Origin: Arthrobacter sp.
GTDB lineage: Bacteria; Actinomycetota; Actinomycetes; Actinomycetales; Micrococcaceae
Reading direction: 5' to 3'
Assembly (NCBI GenBank): GCA_040273995.1
Contig: JBELYP010000006.1
Location: 314-64,313, forward strand
Length of the DNA stretch: 64,000 bases
Shown here: piece by piece, positions 19,945 to 30,361 of the stretch
How the letters are laid out: every line of letters starts with the position of its first letter
Numbering within the stretch: position 1 is the stretch's first letter
Notes under the pieces: model-generated
Told to the model about the DNA's origin: nothing
Seen by the model: the letters and a program-made list of their open reading frames with translations, nothing else
The model's database searches: none
Made by a program: the position numbers and the translations under genes

Positions 19945-20883
19945 TCAATCCAATTGTTCGGATCGCCAACCGCCACCATTTACCCCGCCGGACACAACGG
20001 GCCGATGGCGAATTTCTGCTCCGACTTCGCTCTCAAATACTCGTGCAATTTCGGTGTAATCCGAGTGCGGGCCGAATTTCAGGATCGCTTCCCGAAAAGC
20101 CTCGAGCGCTGAATGTGTGAGCGGACTGCGGATTCCCGTCTCCTCAGCCAGTGACTGGTAAAGTTCCAGATCCTTCTCCGCGAGGAAAACCGGTCCACCA
20201 AAATCGAACGTTCCGCTCAGGACTGAGGCAGGAATTTTGTGCTCAGTCGCTGAATTCCGTCCCGTTCCACGGTTCACTGCTTCAACCATGGTCTTCGGAT
20301 CGACGCCCGAAGCCACACCAACGGCAATCGCCTCACAGGCGATCGCCATGCTGCTCAGGGAGATGGCATTGTTCACAAGCTTCGCGATCTGCGCGACGCC
20401 TGGCTCCTCGCCCACCACGATCCGGACGGGACAGAGTTCGTCGAACCACGCCGCAATCTGGTCTCTGACTGCCCCGGGCCCCGAAACGTAGCTGGTGAGA
20501 TTGCCGCTCAGGATCCCCCGCGGTCCTCCGCTGAGCGGCGCGTCTACGACGGGTACCCGCAGTTCAGCTGCGATCTTCCGAACCGTGTCAGGGCCTACGG
20601 TGGACGTCTCCACATACGCGTGCAGACGCGCGCCCGCGCCGACCTCCCGGGCTACTTCCAGTGCTATCGCGGGCCCCGGAAGAGACGACAGGACGACGTC
20701 GGAGCGTCCCCCGACGTCGCTCGGACCAGAGGCGGCCGTCGCCCCGAGACGGACCGCTGCGTCCACGGCTTCAGCTCGCACGTCGTAGACAACGACTTCG
20801 GTCCCGATTCCCAGCAGCCGCTGGACAAGGGCTGAGCCCATATTCCCCAGTCCGACCACTCCGATGCGAACCTCACTCACCAT
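19945..20883 (-). CDS. NAD(P)-dependent beta-hydroxyacid dehydrogenase family
   Basis: VGLGNMG, VDAPLSGG and the catalytic-Lys motif AKLVNN. Confidence 0.88.
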   Translation of the reverse strand: MVSEVRIGVVGLGNMGSALVQRLLGIGTEVVVYDVRAEAVDAAVRLGATAASGPSDVGGRSDVVLSSLPGPAIALEVAREVGAGARLHAYVETSTVGPDTVRKIAAELRVPVVDAPLSGGPRGILSGNLTSYVSGPGAVRDQIAAWFDELCPVRIVVGEEPGVAQIAKLVNNAISLSSMAIACEAIAVGVASGVDPKTMVEAVNRGTGRNSATEHKIPASVLSGTFDFGGPVFLAEKDLELYQSLAEETGIRSPLTHSALEAFREAILKFGPHSDYTEIARVFESEVGAEIRHRPVVSGGVNGGGWRSEQLD

Positions 20884-22096
20884 GAGTAACTCCCGACAAT
20901 GCGATGATTTCCTCGGTGTGCTCACCAAGCTTCGGCGGAAAGTTCAGCAGCTGGTTAGAGATGCTGCGGAACTTCAGCGGATTGCCGACTACCCGAATGG
21001 TTCCTTCGTGTTCGTCCTGCAACTCCACGACCATGTTTCGGTGGCGTGCCTGCGGATCCGCGAGGGCACGGTCAACGGTGTTCACCGGGGCGACGGGAAC
21101 ACCGGCCTCGGTCAGCAGCGAAACCCATTCGTCGGCGCCGCGTGCCAGGAAGGCGTCCTCGAGCGCGGGCTCCAACTCAGCACGGTTTCGGTGCCGGTCA
21201 GCGAGTGTGAGGAATCGCTCGTCTTTAGCGAGCTCGCTCAGACCAAGAACCTGGCACAGGGATTCCCACATTTTCTGAGTATTGGCAGTCACGGCTACTT
21301 CGATCCCGTCGCTTGCTTCGAAACAGCGATACGTCGGAATGGAGTCATGGGACCGCCCCTGGGTCCCCGGGACCTTTCCGGAGTGGAGGTAGTAGGCGCC
21401 TTGGTAGCTCAGGAACGCAAGCTGACAGTCAAGCATGGAAATGTCGATGTAATCACCCAGCCCCGTTGCCGCGCGCCTGTTGAGTGCGGCGAGCACGGCA
21501 ATTACTCCGTACAGTCCTGCCGTCAGGTCGCCGATGGGCAGTCCGGCCCGGACTGGTGGTCCGCCGCGCTCACCGGTGAGGCTCATGCCGCCGGAGTAGG
21601 CCTGGACGATCATGTCGTATGCGGGGCGGTGCGCATAGGGGCCATCCTGGCCGAAACCACTGATAGAACACCAAATGACGCTCGGATCCCCGGCAGCGAC
21701 CGTCGCATAGTCGAGTCCGAGGCGCTTCAAGGCACCAGGCCTGAAGTTTTCCAGGACGATGTCGCTCTTGGCCATCAGGGCCTTGACGACCCTCTGGCCC
21801 TCGGGATCCTTCAGGTCAATGACCGCGCTCTTCTTATTCCGGTTCGTGCTGAGATAGTAGACGCTGGTATCGCCCACGAAGTGCGGGGGCACAGTTCGTG
21901 AGTTGTCTCCCGCAGGCGGTTCAATCTTCAGGACCTCGGCGCCGAGGTCACCCAGGATCTGCGTTCCAAAGGGCCCCGACAGAAAGCCTGTCAAATCGAG
22001 AACCCGGACTCCTGCGAGCGGGAGTGAGGCGTTCGCCGACGGTTTCGCTGCTGTTTCCGTGAGATCAGGCATGTCTGCCACGTTCGAGTCAGTCAT
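20873..22096 (-). CDS. CoA transferase family III (CaiB/BaiF)
   Basis: PLAGVRVLDLT, NRNKKS, ENFRPG and AYDMIVQA motifs. Confidence 0.93.
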   Translation of the reverse strand: MTDSNVADMPDLTETAAKPSANASLPLAGVRVLDLTGFLSGPFGTQILGDLGAEVLKIEPPAGDNSRTVPPHFVGDTSVYYLSTNRNKKSAVIDLKDPEGQRVVKALMAKSDIVLENFRPGALKRLGLDYATVAAGDPSVIWCSISGFGQDGPYAHRPAYDMIVQAYSGGMSLTGERGGPPVRAGLPIGDLTAGLYGVIAVLAALNRRAATGLGDYIDISMLDCQLAFLSYQGAYYLHSGKVPGTQGRSHDSIPTYRCFEASDGIEVAVTANTQKMWESLCQVLGLSELAKDERFLTLADRHRNRAELEPALEDAFLARGADEWVSLLTEAGVPVAPVNTVDRALADPQARHRNMVVELQDEHEGTIRVVGNPLKFRSISNQLLNFPPKLGEHTEEIIALSGVTHGE

Positions 22097-22823
22097 GAAC
22101 GTTTCTCGCAATCACCCTGGCCGGGCCGGCATCTGCGCCAACGAAGGCCGTCACGCCGAAGAACGCCTCGATCGCCCCGGGCTCCAGGGCGCTCAGGTTG
22201 GCCATGTGCTCTGCTATGAGGACCCCAGATCCAAGCAGGATCTGATGCACGGGCCAGTCGAAGCCGGGAGTTCTTCTATGCGCGGGAAGATCAGGGGTGC
22301 TCGCGTCGATGCCGACTAGCTTGACGCCGGCGTCGCGGAGCCATTCCGCAGCCTCCACGCTCAGTGACGGCGCATCGATGTAGAGTTCCTGGTTCATGTA
22401 CCGGTGCCATCCGGTGTCGATCAGCACGATGTCTCCGGGCTGCGGAGCGGGTCCGGAGCCCTGGATCTGCTCAACGCTCAGCTCCGCCCCCGCTTCGGCA
22501 GCAACCCGGTAAAGAACGCCTGGACCGTACAGGTGCTCGAGCGGGATCTGGTCCATTGTGGGTCCGTCAGCGTAGAAATGGCTCGGCGCGTCTACGTGTG
22601 TTCCGTGGTGTACAGCCATGCTTACGTGCGTCACGTTGGCCGGATCGTCAGGGAGATTCTCGATCTTCCTGATAACCGGCTGCGGAAACGACGGGGCCCG
22701 TGAGAGATCTTCAGTGATCGGGTGGCTCACATCGACCCAGCCCGATGCGCCGGCGATCTGTGGGTCGGCGATCTCCGGCCATCCCTGCCAGGGGGAACGT
22801 GCCTCTGCGAAGGGATTGACCAT
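22089..22823 (-). CDS. Cyclase / kynurenine formamidase-like metallohydrolase
   Basis: HHGTHVDAPSHF motif, plus VGID and HQILL...IAE. Confidence 0.88.
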   Translation of the reverse strand: MVNPFAEARSPWQGWPEIADPQIAGASGWVDVSHPITEDLSRAPSFPQPVIRKIENLPDDPANVTHVSMAVHHGTHVDAPSHFYADGPTMDQIPLEHLYGPGVLYRVAAEAGAELSVEQIQGSGPAPQPGDIVLIDTGWHRYMNQELYIDAPSLSVEAAEWLRDAGVKLVGIDASTPDLPAHRRTPGFDWPVHQILLGSGVLIAEHMANLSALEPGAIEAFFGVTAFVGADAGPARVIARNVHD

Positions 22824-23881
22824 CAGGCACCTGCTCCCACGAGTACGTACTTCCCCACGGCACCCGCCGCAAACTCGTCATAGGCGCGTTGGGCATCGTG
22901 GAGAGGGAATTCGGCGCTCACCATCCGGTCGAGCGGCAGCTTTAGCTCAGCCGCCACCCGCGCAGCCTCGGCCAGTTCACTCTTACTGAAAGTCCGCGAA
23001 CCTATGATCGAACGAGGTGCGAGCACCACATCGATATCCATCGCAACCTCAAGGTTTCCCCCGCCGAGACCCACGAACACGGCCTCGCCCTCCTGCCGGA
23101 CAGCGCCTAGGGCACTGCGGCGCCCGGGCGTCGATCCGCTGGTCTCCACCGCCGAATCAGCGCCGTAGCCGTTCGTCAGTTCACGTACCTGCTCGGTGAT
23201 GTCGCCGGTCGCGGGATCGAGCACCGTCTCCGCCCCGTAGGTCAGGGCGGATTCACGACGGGCCTTATCGAGGTCCACGGCAATCACGCGCGCGCCGAGC
23301 GCAGCCGCATAGGCGACGGTACTCACACCCACGGGACCGAGGCCAACGACCAACAGGTTCTGCTCCGGGATCCGCCGCAGCCGCTGCAGTGCCCCATAAG
23401 CGGTACCGGTGCCACAGGCCAGACAGGCGCCCGCGTTCGCTGATAACCCGTCAGGCAGCGGGACAAGCGTCTCCACTGGTACCACAAGGTATTCCGCGTG
23501 GCCTCCGTGCGCATTCCCCCCGTAACCGAGCATGTGGGCGCACAGCTGGGGCCGTTCATCGCGGCAGAAGAGACAGTCGCCGCATCCGCTGTAGTGGAAG
23601 CAGATCGATTGAAGGCCGATAGGCGCCTCTGCGGCGCTGACCATAGCTCCCCGCTCCACCACTGTTCCGACCGGCTCATGTCCGGCTATGACGGCATGCG
23701 TCTGCCTCGGGTCGACCGACTGATAGGCCCCGGGACTGCCAGGGCGTCGAAAGGTGTGGAGGTCACTGCCACAGATGCCGGAGGAATCGATCCGAAGCAC
23801 CACGTCTCTGGGGCCGGGCGACGGATCGGGAAAATCCATCACCTCCACCCGGTGATCACCGGTGAACACCATTCCGCGCAT
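22823..23881 (-). CDS. Zinc-dependent alcohol dehydrogenase (MDR)
   Basis: GICGSDLH, GHE, structural zinc motif CGDCLFC...C and GLGPVG. Confidence 0.92.
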   Translation of the reverse strand: MRGMVFTGDHRVEVMDFPDPSPGPRDVVLRIDSSGICGSDLHTFRRPGSPGAYQSVDPRQTHAVIAGHEPVGTVVERGAMVSAAEAPIGLQSICFHYSGCGDCLFCRDERPQLCAHMLGYGGNAHGGHAEYLVVPVETLVPLPDGLSANAGACLACGTGTAYGALQRLRRIPEQNLLVVGLGPVGVSTVAYAAALGARVIAVDLDKARRESALTYGAETVLDPATGDITEQVRELTNGYGADSAVETSGSTPGRRSALGAVRQEGEAVFVGLGGGNLEVAMDIDVVLAPRSIIGSRTFSKSELAEAARVAAELKLPLDRMVSAEFPLHDAQRAYDEFAAGAVGKYVLVGAGA

Positions 23882-23925
23882 GCCAGCTCCTTTGTTTCGT
23901 GTGCGTTTTCGTGTGTTTTTTGGGT

Positions 23926-25443
23926 TTAGCGTCCGAACAGCTGCGGGTTACCGTAGTCGTGCCAGACGCTCTTGATCTCCGTGAACTCTTCAACGGCCTC
24001 GACACCGAGCTCCCGGCCCAAACCGCTCTGCTTTTGACCGGCAAACGGCACGTAGTGATGCGCCGCGCGGTACGTGTTGACCCATACGGTGCCGGCACGA
24101 AGCCCTCGGATCATGCGCTGGGCCCGGCCCATGTCTTGGGTCCAGACCCCGCTCGCCAGCCCGAAGCGTGTGTCATTGCCGATGGCAAGCGCATCATCGT
24201 CCCCGTCGAACGGAATGACGCTGGCAACGGGTCCAAAGATTTCTTCGGTGGCCAGGCCTGAGGAGTTGTCGACGTCAGCGAAAATGGTCGGCTCAACGAA
24301 CAGGCCCCGCCCGAGTGCGGGATCGGCTTCCGAGGTACCGCCGCCGGCGAGCAGCCGGAAGCCCGATTCGCGGCCGCCCTCGATCGACTTCATGACCTTC
24401 TCGAACTGCGGCAGGTTGGCGATGGGCCCAAGCTGCGAGGCCAGGTCCAGGGGATCACCAAGCTTCAGTCCTTCCGTGACCTCCACCAGGCGTGAGAGGA
24501 AATCCTCACAGACACTCTTCTCCACGAGCACACGGGAACCGGCCACGCATGTCTGGCCACTGGCCACGAAGATACCTCCGAGAACGCCGTGCACTGCCTC
24601 GTCCAGATCCGCGTCGGAGAAGACGATGTTCGGCGATTTGCCGCCCAGTTCAAGCGAGGTGGAAACGAGACGCTGTCCCGCGGCCGCAGCTATCTTCGCG
24701 CCCGTCTGGGTGGCCCCGGTAAAGACAATCTTGTCCACGCCCGGGTGGTTGACCAGGGCGGCTCCTACGTCACCCATGCCGGTTACGACATTCACGACTC
24801 CCGCTGGGATGCCGGCCTGCTCCGCAAGCTCGAGCAGGCGCAGGGTTGATGCAGGAGTAAACTCACTGGGCTTCACGACCACGGTGCATCCCGCGGCAAG
24901 GGCGGGGAACAACTTGAACCCCAGTAGGCCCAACGGTGAATTCCACGGAGTAATCGCGGCGACGACGCCGAGCGGTTGCCGGAGCGTGTACGTGAACAAG
25001 TTGGGGATGCCCGTGTTGATGGTCGCACCCTGCACGGTCTCGCCCAGGGCCCCGGAATACTCGCATTGCTGCGCCAGCCAGTCGATACCCCCGCGCGTCT
25101 CCTTCAGAAGCTTGCCATTCTCAAGTGTCTGCATGAGGGCCAACTCGTCGGCATTCTCCCGGATACTGTCCGCAAATCGGCGCAGGACTTTCGCCCGCAC
25201 TGCCGGCGGCAGGGTGGGCCACTCTCCCTCATCGAAGGCACGCCGTGCCGCGACGACTGCCTGATCGGCCTCCGCCGGCCCGCAGAGGGGTATCTTGCCC
25301 CAGTCCTGGCGGCTGAACGGGTCATGAATCGTAAAGAACTCACCACTTATCGAGTCCTTCCATTCACCGTCAATGAGAATGCGGTATTCGCGGTCCAGGG
25401 ATTCGGGGACCCGCAGTGCTGTTGAATGCATTATCTGGTTCAT
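23926..25443 (-). CDS. Aldehyde dehydrogenase
   Basis: TPWNSP, ELGGKSP, GQTCVAG and EEIFGP; start position uncertain. Confidence 0.93.
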   Translation of the reverse strand: MNQIMHSTALRVPESLDREYRILIDGEWKDSISGEFFTIHDPFSRQDWGKIPLCGPAEADQAVVAARRAFDEGEWPTLPPAVRAKVLRRFADSIRENADELALMQTLENGKLLKETRGGIDWLAQQCEYSGALGETVQGATINTGIPNLFTYTLRQPLGVVAAITPWNSPLGLLGFKLFPALAAGCTVVVKPSEFTPASTLRLLELAEQAGIPAGVVNVVTGMGDVGAALVNHPGVDKIVFTGATQTGAKIAAAAGQRLVSTSLELGGKSPNIVFSDADLDEAVHGVLGGIFVASGQTCVAGSRVLVEKSVCEDFLSRLVEVTEGLKLGDPLDLASQLGPIANLPQFEKVMKSIEGGRESGFRLLAGGGTSEADPALGRGLFVEPTIFADVDNSSGLATEEIFGPVASVIPFDGDDDALAIGNDTRFGLASGVWTQDMGRAQRMIRGLRAGTVWVNTYRAAHHYVPFAGQKQSGLGRELGVEAVEEFTEIKSVWHDYGNPQLFGR

Positions 25444-25636
25444 CTCCACAATCATGTTGCCCCGCACATCGGATTGCTAATGCGGCGTTTCAATGGTTCG
25501 CATCACAAATAGGCATGCCGGAAATTGCAGCTGCGGGCTTAATCTAAGTCGTAGTCTTTTGGACGTCCCGACGTCGTGTTCCGGCAATCGGCGAGTGCGG
25601 GGTCCACCCAAGTCCTTTATCCAGGTCGGAGGTCGA

Positions 25637-26893
25637 ATGCCGCGCCCTGCTGCAAACCCGCTGCGGAAACTGGGTCCCGTCATCTACGGTCCTTCATTGT
25701 TGTTTTCTCTGGGCGAGGGGCTCATTGTCCCGCTGCTGCCCCTGCTGGCGATCGAGCGCGGCGAGAGCCTGAGCGCCGCAGGGCTGCAGTATGCGGCCAT
25801 GACGTTGGGCCAGTTCCTAGGCAACATTCCGGCCGGGGCACTTGTTGGCCGCTACCCCGAGAAGCGAGCCATGACGCTCGCTGCTGCCCTGGCTGGAGCG
25901 TGCGGCGTCCTCATCGCCTCCGTGCCGTATACGGCAGCCCTCGTGGCAACAGCATTCATCTTGGGAGCTTCACTGGCGACCTTCGGCCTGGCCCGTCAGT
26001 CGTTTTTGACCTCGCACGTGCCATATTCCTTCCGCGGCAGGGCCCTTGCTCTGCTTGGCGGAACCCACCGCGCCGGGATGGTCCTAGGCCCGTTTACGGC
26101 TTGGGCGGCACTGGTGCTGACCGGGTCTGCTTTGACGGCAGCATGGATATTCGTCGCGTTTACACTTCTCACGACAGCGGTCATTGCGGCAGTCCCCGAT
26201 CTTGAGGAGCGCATCCGGTTCCGGAGTCCGCAGGCGCGGGAAAGCCGTTCACCGACGACCGGCCGGGAGGAGCGCAGCCTCATTGGGACCGCTGCAGCCC
26301 ACCGGGGCCCGCTGCTGCGGCTCGGTATTCCGGCGGCGCTTCTTGCCCTCGTGCGGTCCGGCCGGCAGGTTCTGCTGCCACTGTGGGGTTCCGCTATGGG
26401 CCTGGGTACCGACACGATTCTCTTCGTTGTCGCACTCTCAGGAATGGTCGACCTCATCCTGTTTTATCCGGGTGGGAAAGTCATGGACAGATTTGGCCGG
26501 ATGTGGGGTGTGCTGCCGGCGGCGCTAATTATGAGCGTGGGGCTCCTGTTCCTCGCGCTCGCCCCGCAGGGGCTCGGACCCTATGTCGGATCAGCACTGA
26601 TCCTGGGCGCAGGTAACGGTCTCTCAAGCGGTGCGCTGCTCACCCTGGCCTCTGACCTGGCCCCCGTCTCCAACCCATCACCCTTCATCGGCATATGGCG
26701 GACGCTGACGCAAGGTGGAAGCGCCCTGGCTCCGCTACTCGTGGCTGCGGTGACGGTCTCTCACCCACTGGGCGCTGCGGCCGCTGGCATAGGTGCTCTG
26801 GGACTGGTAGGCGTCGGCGGATTCATACGCTGGATTCCTGTCTACCTGGTGGCACCCCAGGATGAACCGCAGAAGGTGCCATCGGAAGCGTAA
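25637..26893 (+). CDS. MFS transporter
   Basis: About 12 hydrophobic segments and GKVMDRFGR; GGAGG RBS before ATG 25637. Confidence 0.85.
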   Translation: MPRPAANPLRKLGPVIYGPSLLFSLGEGLIVPLLPLLAIERGESLSAAGLQYAAMTLGQFLGNIPAGALVGRYPEKRAMTLAAALAGACGVLIASVPYTAALVATAFILGASLATFGLARQSFLTSHVPYSFRGRALALLGGTHRAGMVLGPFTAWAALVLTGSALTAAWIFVAFTLLTTAVIAAVPDLEERIRFRSPQARESRSPTTGREERSLIGTAAAHRGPLLRLGIPAALLALVRSGRQVLLPLWGSAMGLGTDTILFVVALSGMVDLILFYPGGKVMDRFGRMWGVLPAALIMSVGLLFLALAPQGLGPYVGSALILGAGNGLSSGALLTLASDLAPVSNPSPFIGIWRTLTQGGSALAPLLVAAVTVSHPLGAAAAGIGALGLVGVGGFIRWIPVYLVAPQDEPQKVPSEA

Positions 26894-26959
26894 GCCCGTC
26901 GCCGGAGCGCGGCAGCGGCACGCCGTTAACGTCTCGTGCCGGCCCTCCCGCCCGAGACA

Positions 26960-27478
26960 TCACTTAATGCCACGGAATCTGCTGTCAACGTAGACCATAG
27001 GGCTGCGTTCGGTGTCCTCAGTGAGGTGAACGTCCAGAATCCGGGCAATCACGATCGTGTGATCACCTGCGGGTACCTCTGACCAGAGCTCGCAGTCGTA
27101 GGACACCACGGCTTCGTCAATGAGCGGGGAACCGCAGGAACTGTGCCGCCAGGATGTGCCCTCCCAACGGTCAGCGGACTTGCGGGCAAACTTTAGCGCA
27201 AGCTCAGCGTGGTGCTCGGCAAGCACATTGACGGCAAAACGCTGGTGGTGCCGGATCGCAGGGTATGAGGAGGAGGAATTCATCACGGAAATCGCCAGCA
27301 GCGGAGGCTCCAGCGAGACCGAGAAAAACGCCTGACAGGTGAATCCCACCAAGCCGGCCGCCGTATCCGCCGTAACTATGGTGATCCCGGACGGGTAGGC
27401 ACCAAAAGAGCGCTTTAACAGGTCGGCGTCGAGGACAGCTAAAGGGGCCTTCATGCTGGGGACGGCTGTAAGTGACAT
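26960..27478 (-). CDS. Flavin reductase (HpaC/DIM6/NTAB family)
   Basis: FGAYPSGITIVT, SVSLEPPL and GDH motifs. Confidence 0.92.
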   Translation of the reverse strand: MSLTAVPSMKAPLAVLDADLLKRSFGAYPSGITIVTADTAAGLVGFTCQAFFSVSLEPPLLAISVMNSSSSYPAIRHHQRFAVNVLAEHHAELALKFARKSADRWEGTSWRHSSCGSPLIDEAVVSYDCELWSEVPAGDHTIVIARILDVHLTEDTERSPMVYVDSRFRGIK

Positions 27479-27777
27479 GATCTAAAACCTCCGGGGGTCT
27501 GGCCACTGCTCCCCATGGAGCAGCAACAGGGCTCTTGCATCATCACGAAATTACGTCCACAAGGGTTCGATGATCCAAGTCCCGCCAGTGATGCCGACAT
27601 CATGGCGGGCGCTAGCTCCTTAGCGCACATCTCTGCACCGCCGGTTAACGGCCCTTGTTATGCCGGGATCATTTAAGGGCATCGAAATCATCACAACTAA
27701 AGCTTTAACATCACGGACCGCGGGCCCTACGGTGAAACCATTCCGTCCGTTTCCTATTCCAAAAGGTGAAACACCTG

Positions 27778-28959
27778 ATGACTCAGACTTCAACGATGAA
27801 GACCGTCGACTGGGATCCTACGACCGCTCCGGTAACCGACGATCCGCTCGGCTGGCAGGAAAAGATGCGCGATGAGCGCCCTACCCCATGGACCGACAAT
27901 GGCAACGGGTTCTGGTCCCTGGTCCGTTATGACGACATCGCAGCAGCCGCAATGAATGCAAAAGTCTTTTCCAGCGAGATCACGCCCCGGTTCGCGGACG
28001 GCCGGGTACCTCCCGTTGAGGTGGACCGCCCGCGCCACACCGTGTTCCGCCGCGCTCTGACGAAGTATTTCAAGCGCGAGGCCATCGAAGCGCTCGAACC
28101 GGTCACTCGTGAACTCGCTGTGAAGCGGCTTCAGCCGCTAATCAATGCCGGCGGCGGGGACTTCGCCGCTGATTTCGCCTACCCTTTTCCCGCTGAGGTG
28201 ATCTGTGCCTTCCTCGGAATCCCTGTGGAAGACGCCGTCGACCTCAAGCGCTGGGCAGGCGAGAGCTTTATCTACCGGCCGGACCGGGAGAATAAACCTG
28301 AGCTGGCGCAACGTGCCGAGGAGAACCTTACCCGGTATGCGGAGAACCTCATCGCAGAACGCAGCCAGATGAATCTCGACCCGGATGAGGATATGATCAC
28401 CGGCCTCACGGAATTCGAGTACGAAGGCCGTAAGCTGACCCGCACCGAAGTCGGACGCGTCGTGCGTCTAATGCTGTCAGCTGGCCACAACAACACGACC
28501 AGCAGCACCGGCATCACGCTGATGAAGATTGCCGAGAATCCTGAAATCCAAAAGGCGCTGCGGGCCGACTATTCACTGATTCCCAACGCCATCCTCGAGT
28601 TCCTCCGCCATGAAAGCCCGGCCATGACGTCGCGCCGCGTACTCAAGGAAGACATCCAGATCGGTGACCAGGTCCTGTCTGCCGGCGATGAAGTGATGTT
28701 TTTCTGGAGCTCGGCCAACCGCGACGGACACCACTTCGAGAACGTCGATGAGATCGATATCTACCGGGACAACACCAGCGCCATGACGTTTGGCTGGGGC
28801 CCCCACCGGTGCCTCGGCCTGTCCATCGCACTGATGGAGATCCGCGTCGCCGTCGAGGAGCTCTTCGACCGTACCAAATGGATTGAACCCGCAGGTGTCC
28901 CGGAACGCATGACCTGGGAACGGCTGGGCGTAACCAAGCTGCCGCTCTCCGTCCGATAA
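27778..28959 (+). CDS. Cytochrome P450
   Basis: EFLR (ExxR) and the FGWGPHRCLG heme ligand; atypical I-helix AGHNNT. Confidence 0.95.
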   Translation: MTQTSTMKTVDWDPTTAPVTDDPLGWQEKMRDERPTPWTDNGNGFWSLVRYDDIAAAAMNAKVFSSEITPRFADGRVPPVEVDRPRHTVFRRALTKYFKREAIEALEPVTRELAVKRLQPLINAGGGDFAADFAYPFPAEVICAFLGIPVEDAVDLKRWAGESFIYRPDRENKPELAQRAEENLTRYAENLIAERSQMNLDPDEDMITGLTEFEYEGRKLTRTEVGRVVRLMLSAGHNNTTSSTGITLMKIAENPEIQKALRADYSLIPNAILEFLRHESPAMTSRRVLKEDIQIGDQVLSAGDEVMFFWSSANRDGHHFENVDEIDIYRDNTSAMTFGWGPHRCLGLSIALMEIRVAVEELFDRTKWIEPAGVPERMTWERLGVTKLPLSVR

Positions 28960-28994
28960 GCGATTAGACACCTCAGCATAGAAAGCCAGGGAAG

Positions 28995-29183
28995 ATGAAG
29001 ATTCATGTTGACATGGATGCCTGCGACGGACACGCACAGTGCGTTTTTGCCGCCCCGAATGTGTTCGCCCTTGATGGCAAGGGGAAGGTGAACTATGTGG
29101 CGAATCCGGATGAGTCCGAACGGGAACGCGTCATGGCTGCCGCTGACGCTTGCCCGCTGCTCGCAATCGAGATCCTTGAATGA
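28995..29183 (+). CDS. Ferredoxin (3Fe-4S type)
   Basis: CDGHAQC...CP motif, 62 aa, directly after the P450. Confidence 0.92.
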   Translation: MKIHVDMDACDGHAQCVFAAPNVFALDGKGKVNYVANPDESERERVMAAADACPLLAIEILE

Positions 29184-30361
29184 ACGGGCGCGTAGTCGTC
29201 GTTGGGGGCTCGCTGAGCGGTCTCCGCTTCGTGGAGAACCTCCAGCTGAAGGGGTTCAAGGGCCAGATCGTGGTCTGCAGCGATGAGACCCTCATGCCCT
29301 ACAACCGGCCGCCTCTGTCCAAGGATTTCCTGACTGCCGGCACGGAACCGGCAAGTGTCCACTTCAAGACGCGCCCGACCCTCAACTCGGCTGACTGGCG
29401 CCTCGGCGTCAGCGCGCTCAGTACCGACCTGGCGCGGAGCACGGTGGCACTGAGCGACGGAAGCGTCCTGGACTTCGACTTCCTGGTCGCTGCCTCGGGC
29501 GTCCGCCCCCGGCCACTGACGTGGAAGCGGAACGGGAAGAGAGTGTCCCGCATGCGGACCCTCGCCGATGCCAAGCGGCTTCGGAACGCCATCACCCCGG
29601 GGTCCCGCGTCGTCGTCATCGGGGGCGGGTTCATCGGGGGCGAAGTCTCCGCCAGCGCGCGTTCCCTCGGCGCAGAGGTCACTCTGCTGTGCCCCGGTCC
29701 GCACCTGCTCCGGCCTGCGATCGGCAGCGTACTGGCACAGAAGATCATGGATCGGCATGTGGAAGCTGGCGTTGACGTTCGTGTCAACGAGCGCCTGCCG
29801 GAGGTCAATGCTGATGCAGCCAGGATCGAACTCGCGTCCGGCGAAACGATTGAAGCCGACATCGTCGTGGAGGCCGTGGGCAGCCTGCCGAACCATGAAT
29901 GGCTGGACGCCGGGCGCCTCGATCTCTCAGATGGCCTCCTTTGCGATAATTCCCTGCTGGCTGCAGGTTCGGACAACGTGTACGCCATCGGTGACATAGC
30001 CCGGTTTCCCAACCCGATGTTTGATGAGGTGCCGCGACGCATCGAGCACTGGAATATCGCGGTTGAAACTGCACGCCGTGCGGCCCAGTCCATCCTCCAC
30101 GTCTCGGGAACTCAACCCGGTGATGCCCTTCCGGAATTCAGGCCTATGCCGGCGTTCTGGAGCAACCAGTATGAGTACCGGATCCAGGCGTACGGCCTGC
30201 CACGGATCGCTGACCGCATCGATCCTCTCGAGGGAGAAATGCGCGGGGCTCCGATCATGGGCTATTACCGCAACGATCAGCTCGTTGCGGTTGCTGCGCT
30301 CGATAACGGTCCGGAACTCATCGAGTACTCACGTGATGTGGGAAAGCTGGCAGTCAGGTGA
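29180..30361 (+). CDS. Ferredoxin reductase
   Basis: PYNRPPLSK, GGGFIG, AIGDIA and FWSNQY motifs. Confidence 0.92.
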   Translation: MNGRVVVVGGSLSGLRFVENLQLKGFKGQIVVCSDETLMPYNRPPLSKDFLTAGTEPASVHFKTRPTLNSADWRLGVSALSTDLARSTVALSDGSVLDFDFLVAASGVRPRPLTWKRNGKRVSRMRTLADAKRLRNAITPGSRVVVIGGGFIGGEVSASARSLGAEVTLLCPGPHLLRPAIGSVLAQKIMDRHVEAGVDVRVNERLPEVNADAARIELASGETIEADIVVEAVGSLPNHEWLDAGRLDLSDGLLCDNSLLAAGSDNVYAIGDIARFPNPMFDEVPRRIEHWNIAVETARRAAQSILHVSGTQPGDALPEFRPMPAFWSNQYEYRIQAYGLPRIADRIDPLEGEMRGAPIMGYYRNDQLVAVAALDNGPELIEYSRDVGKLAVR

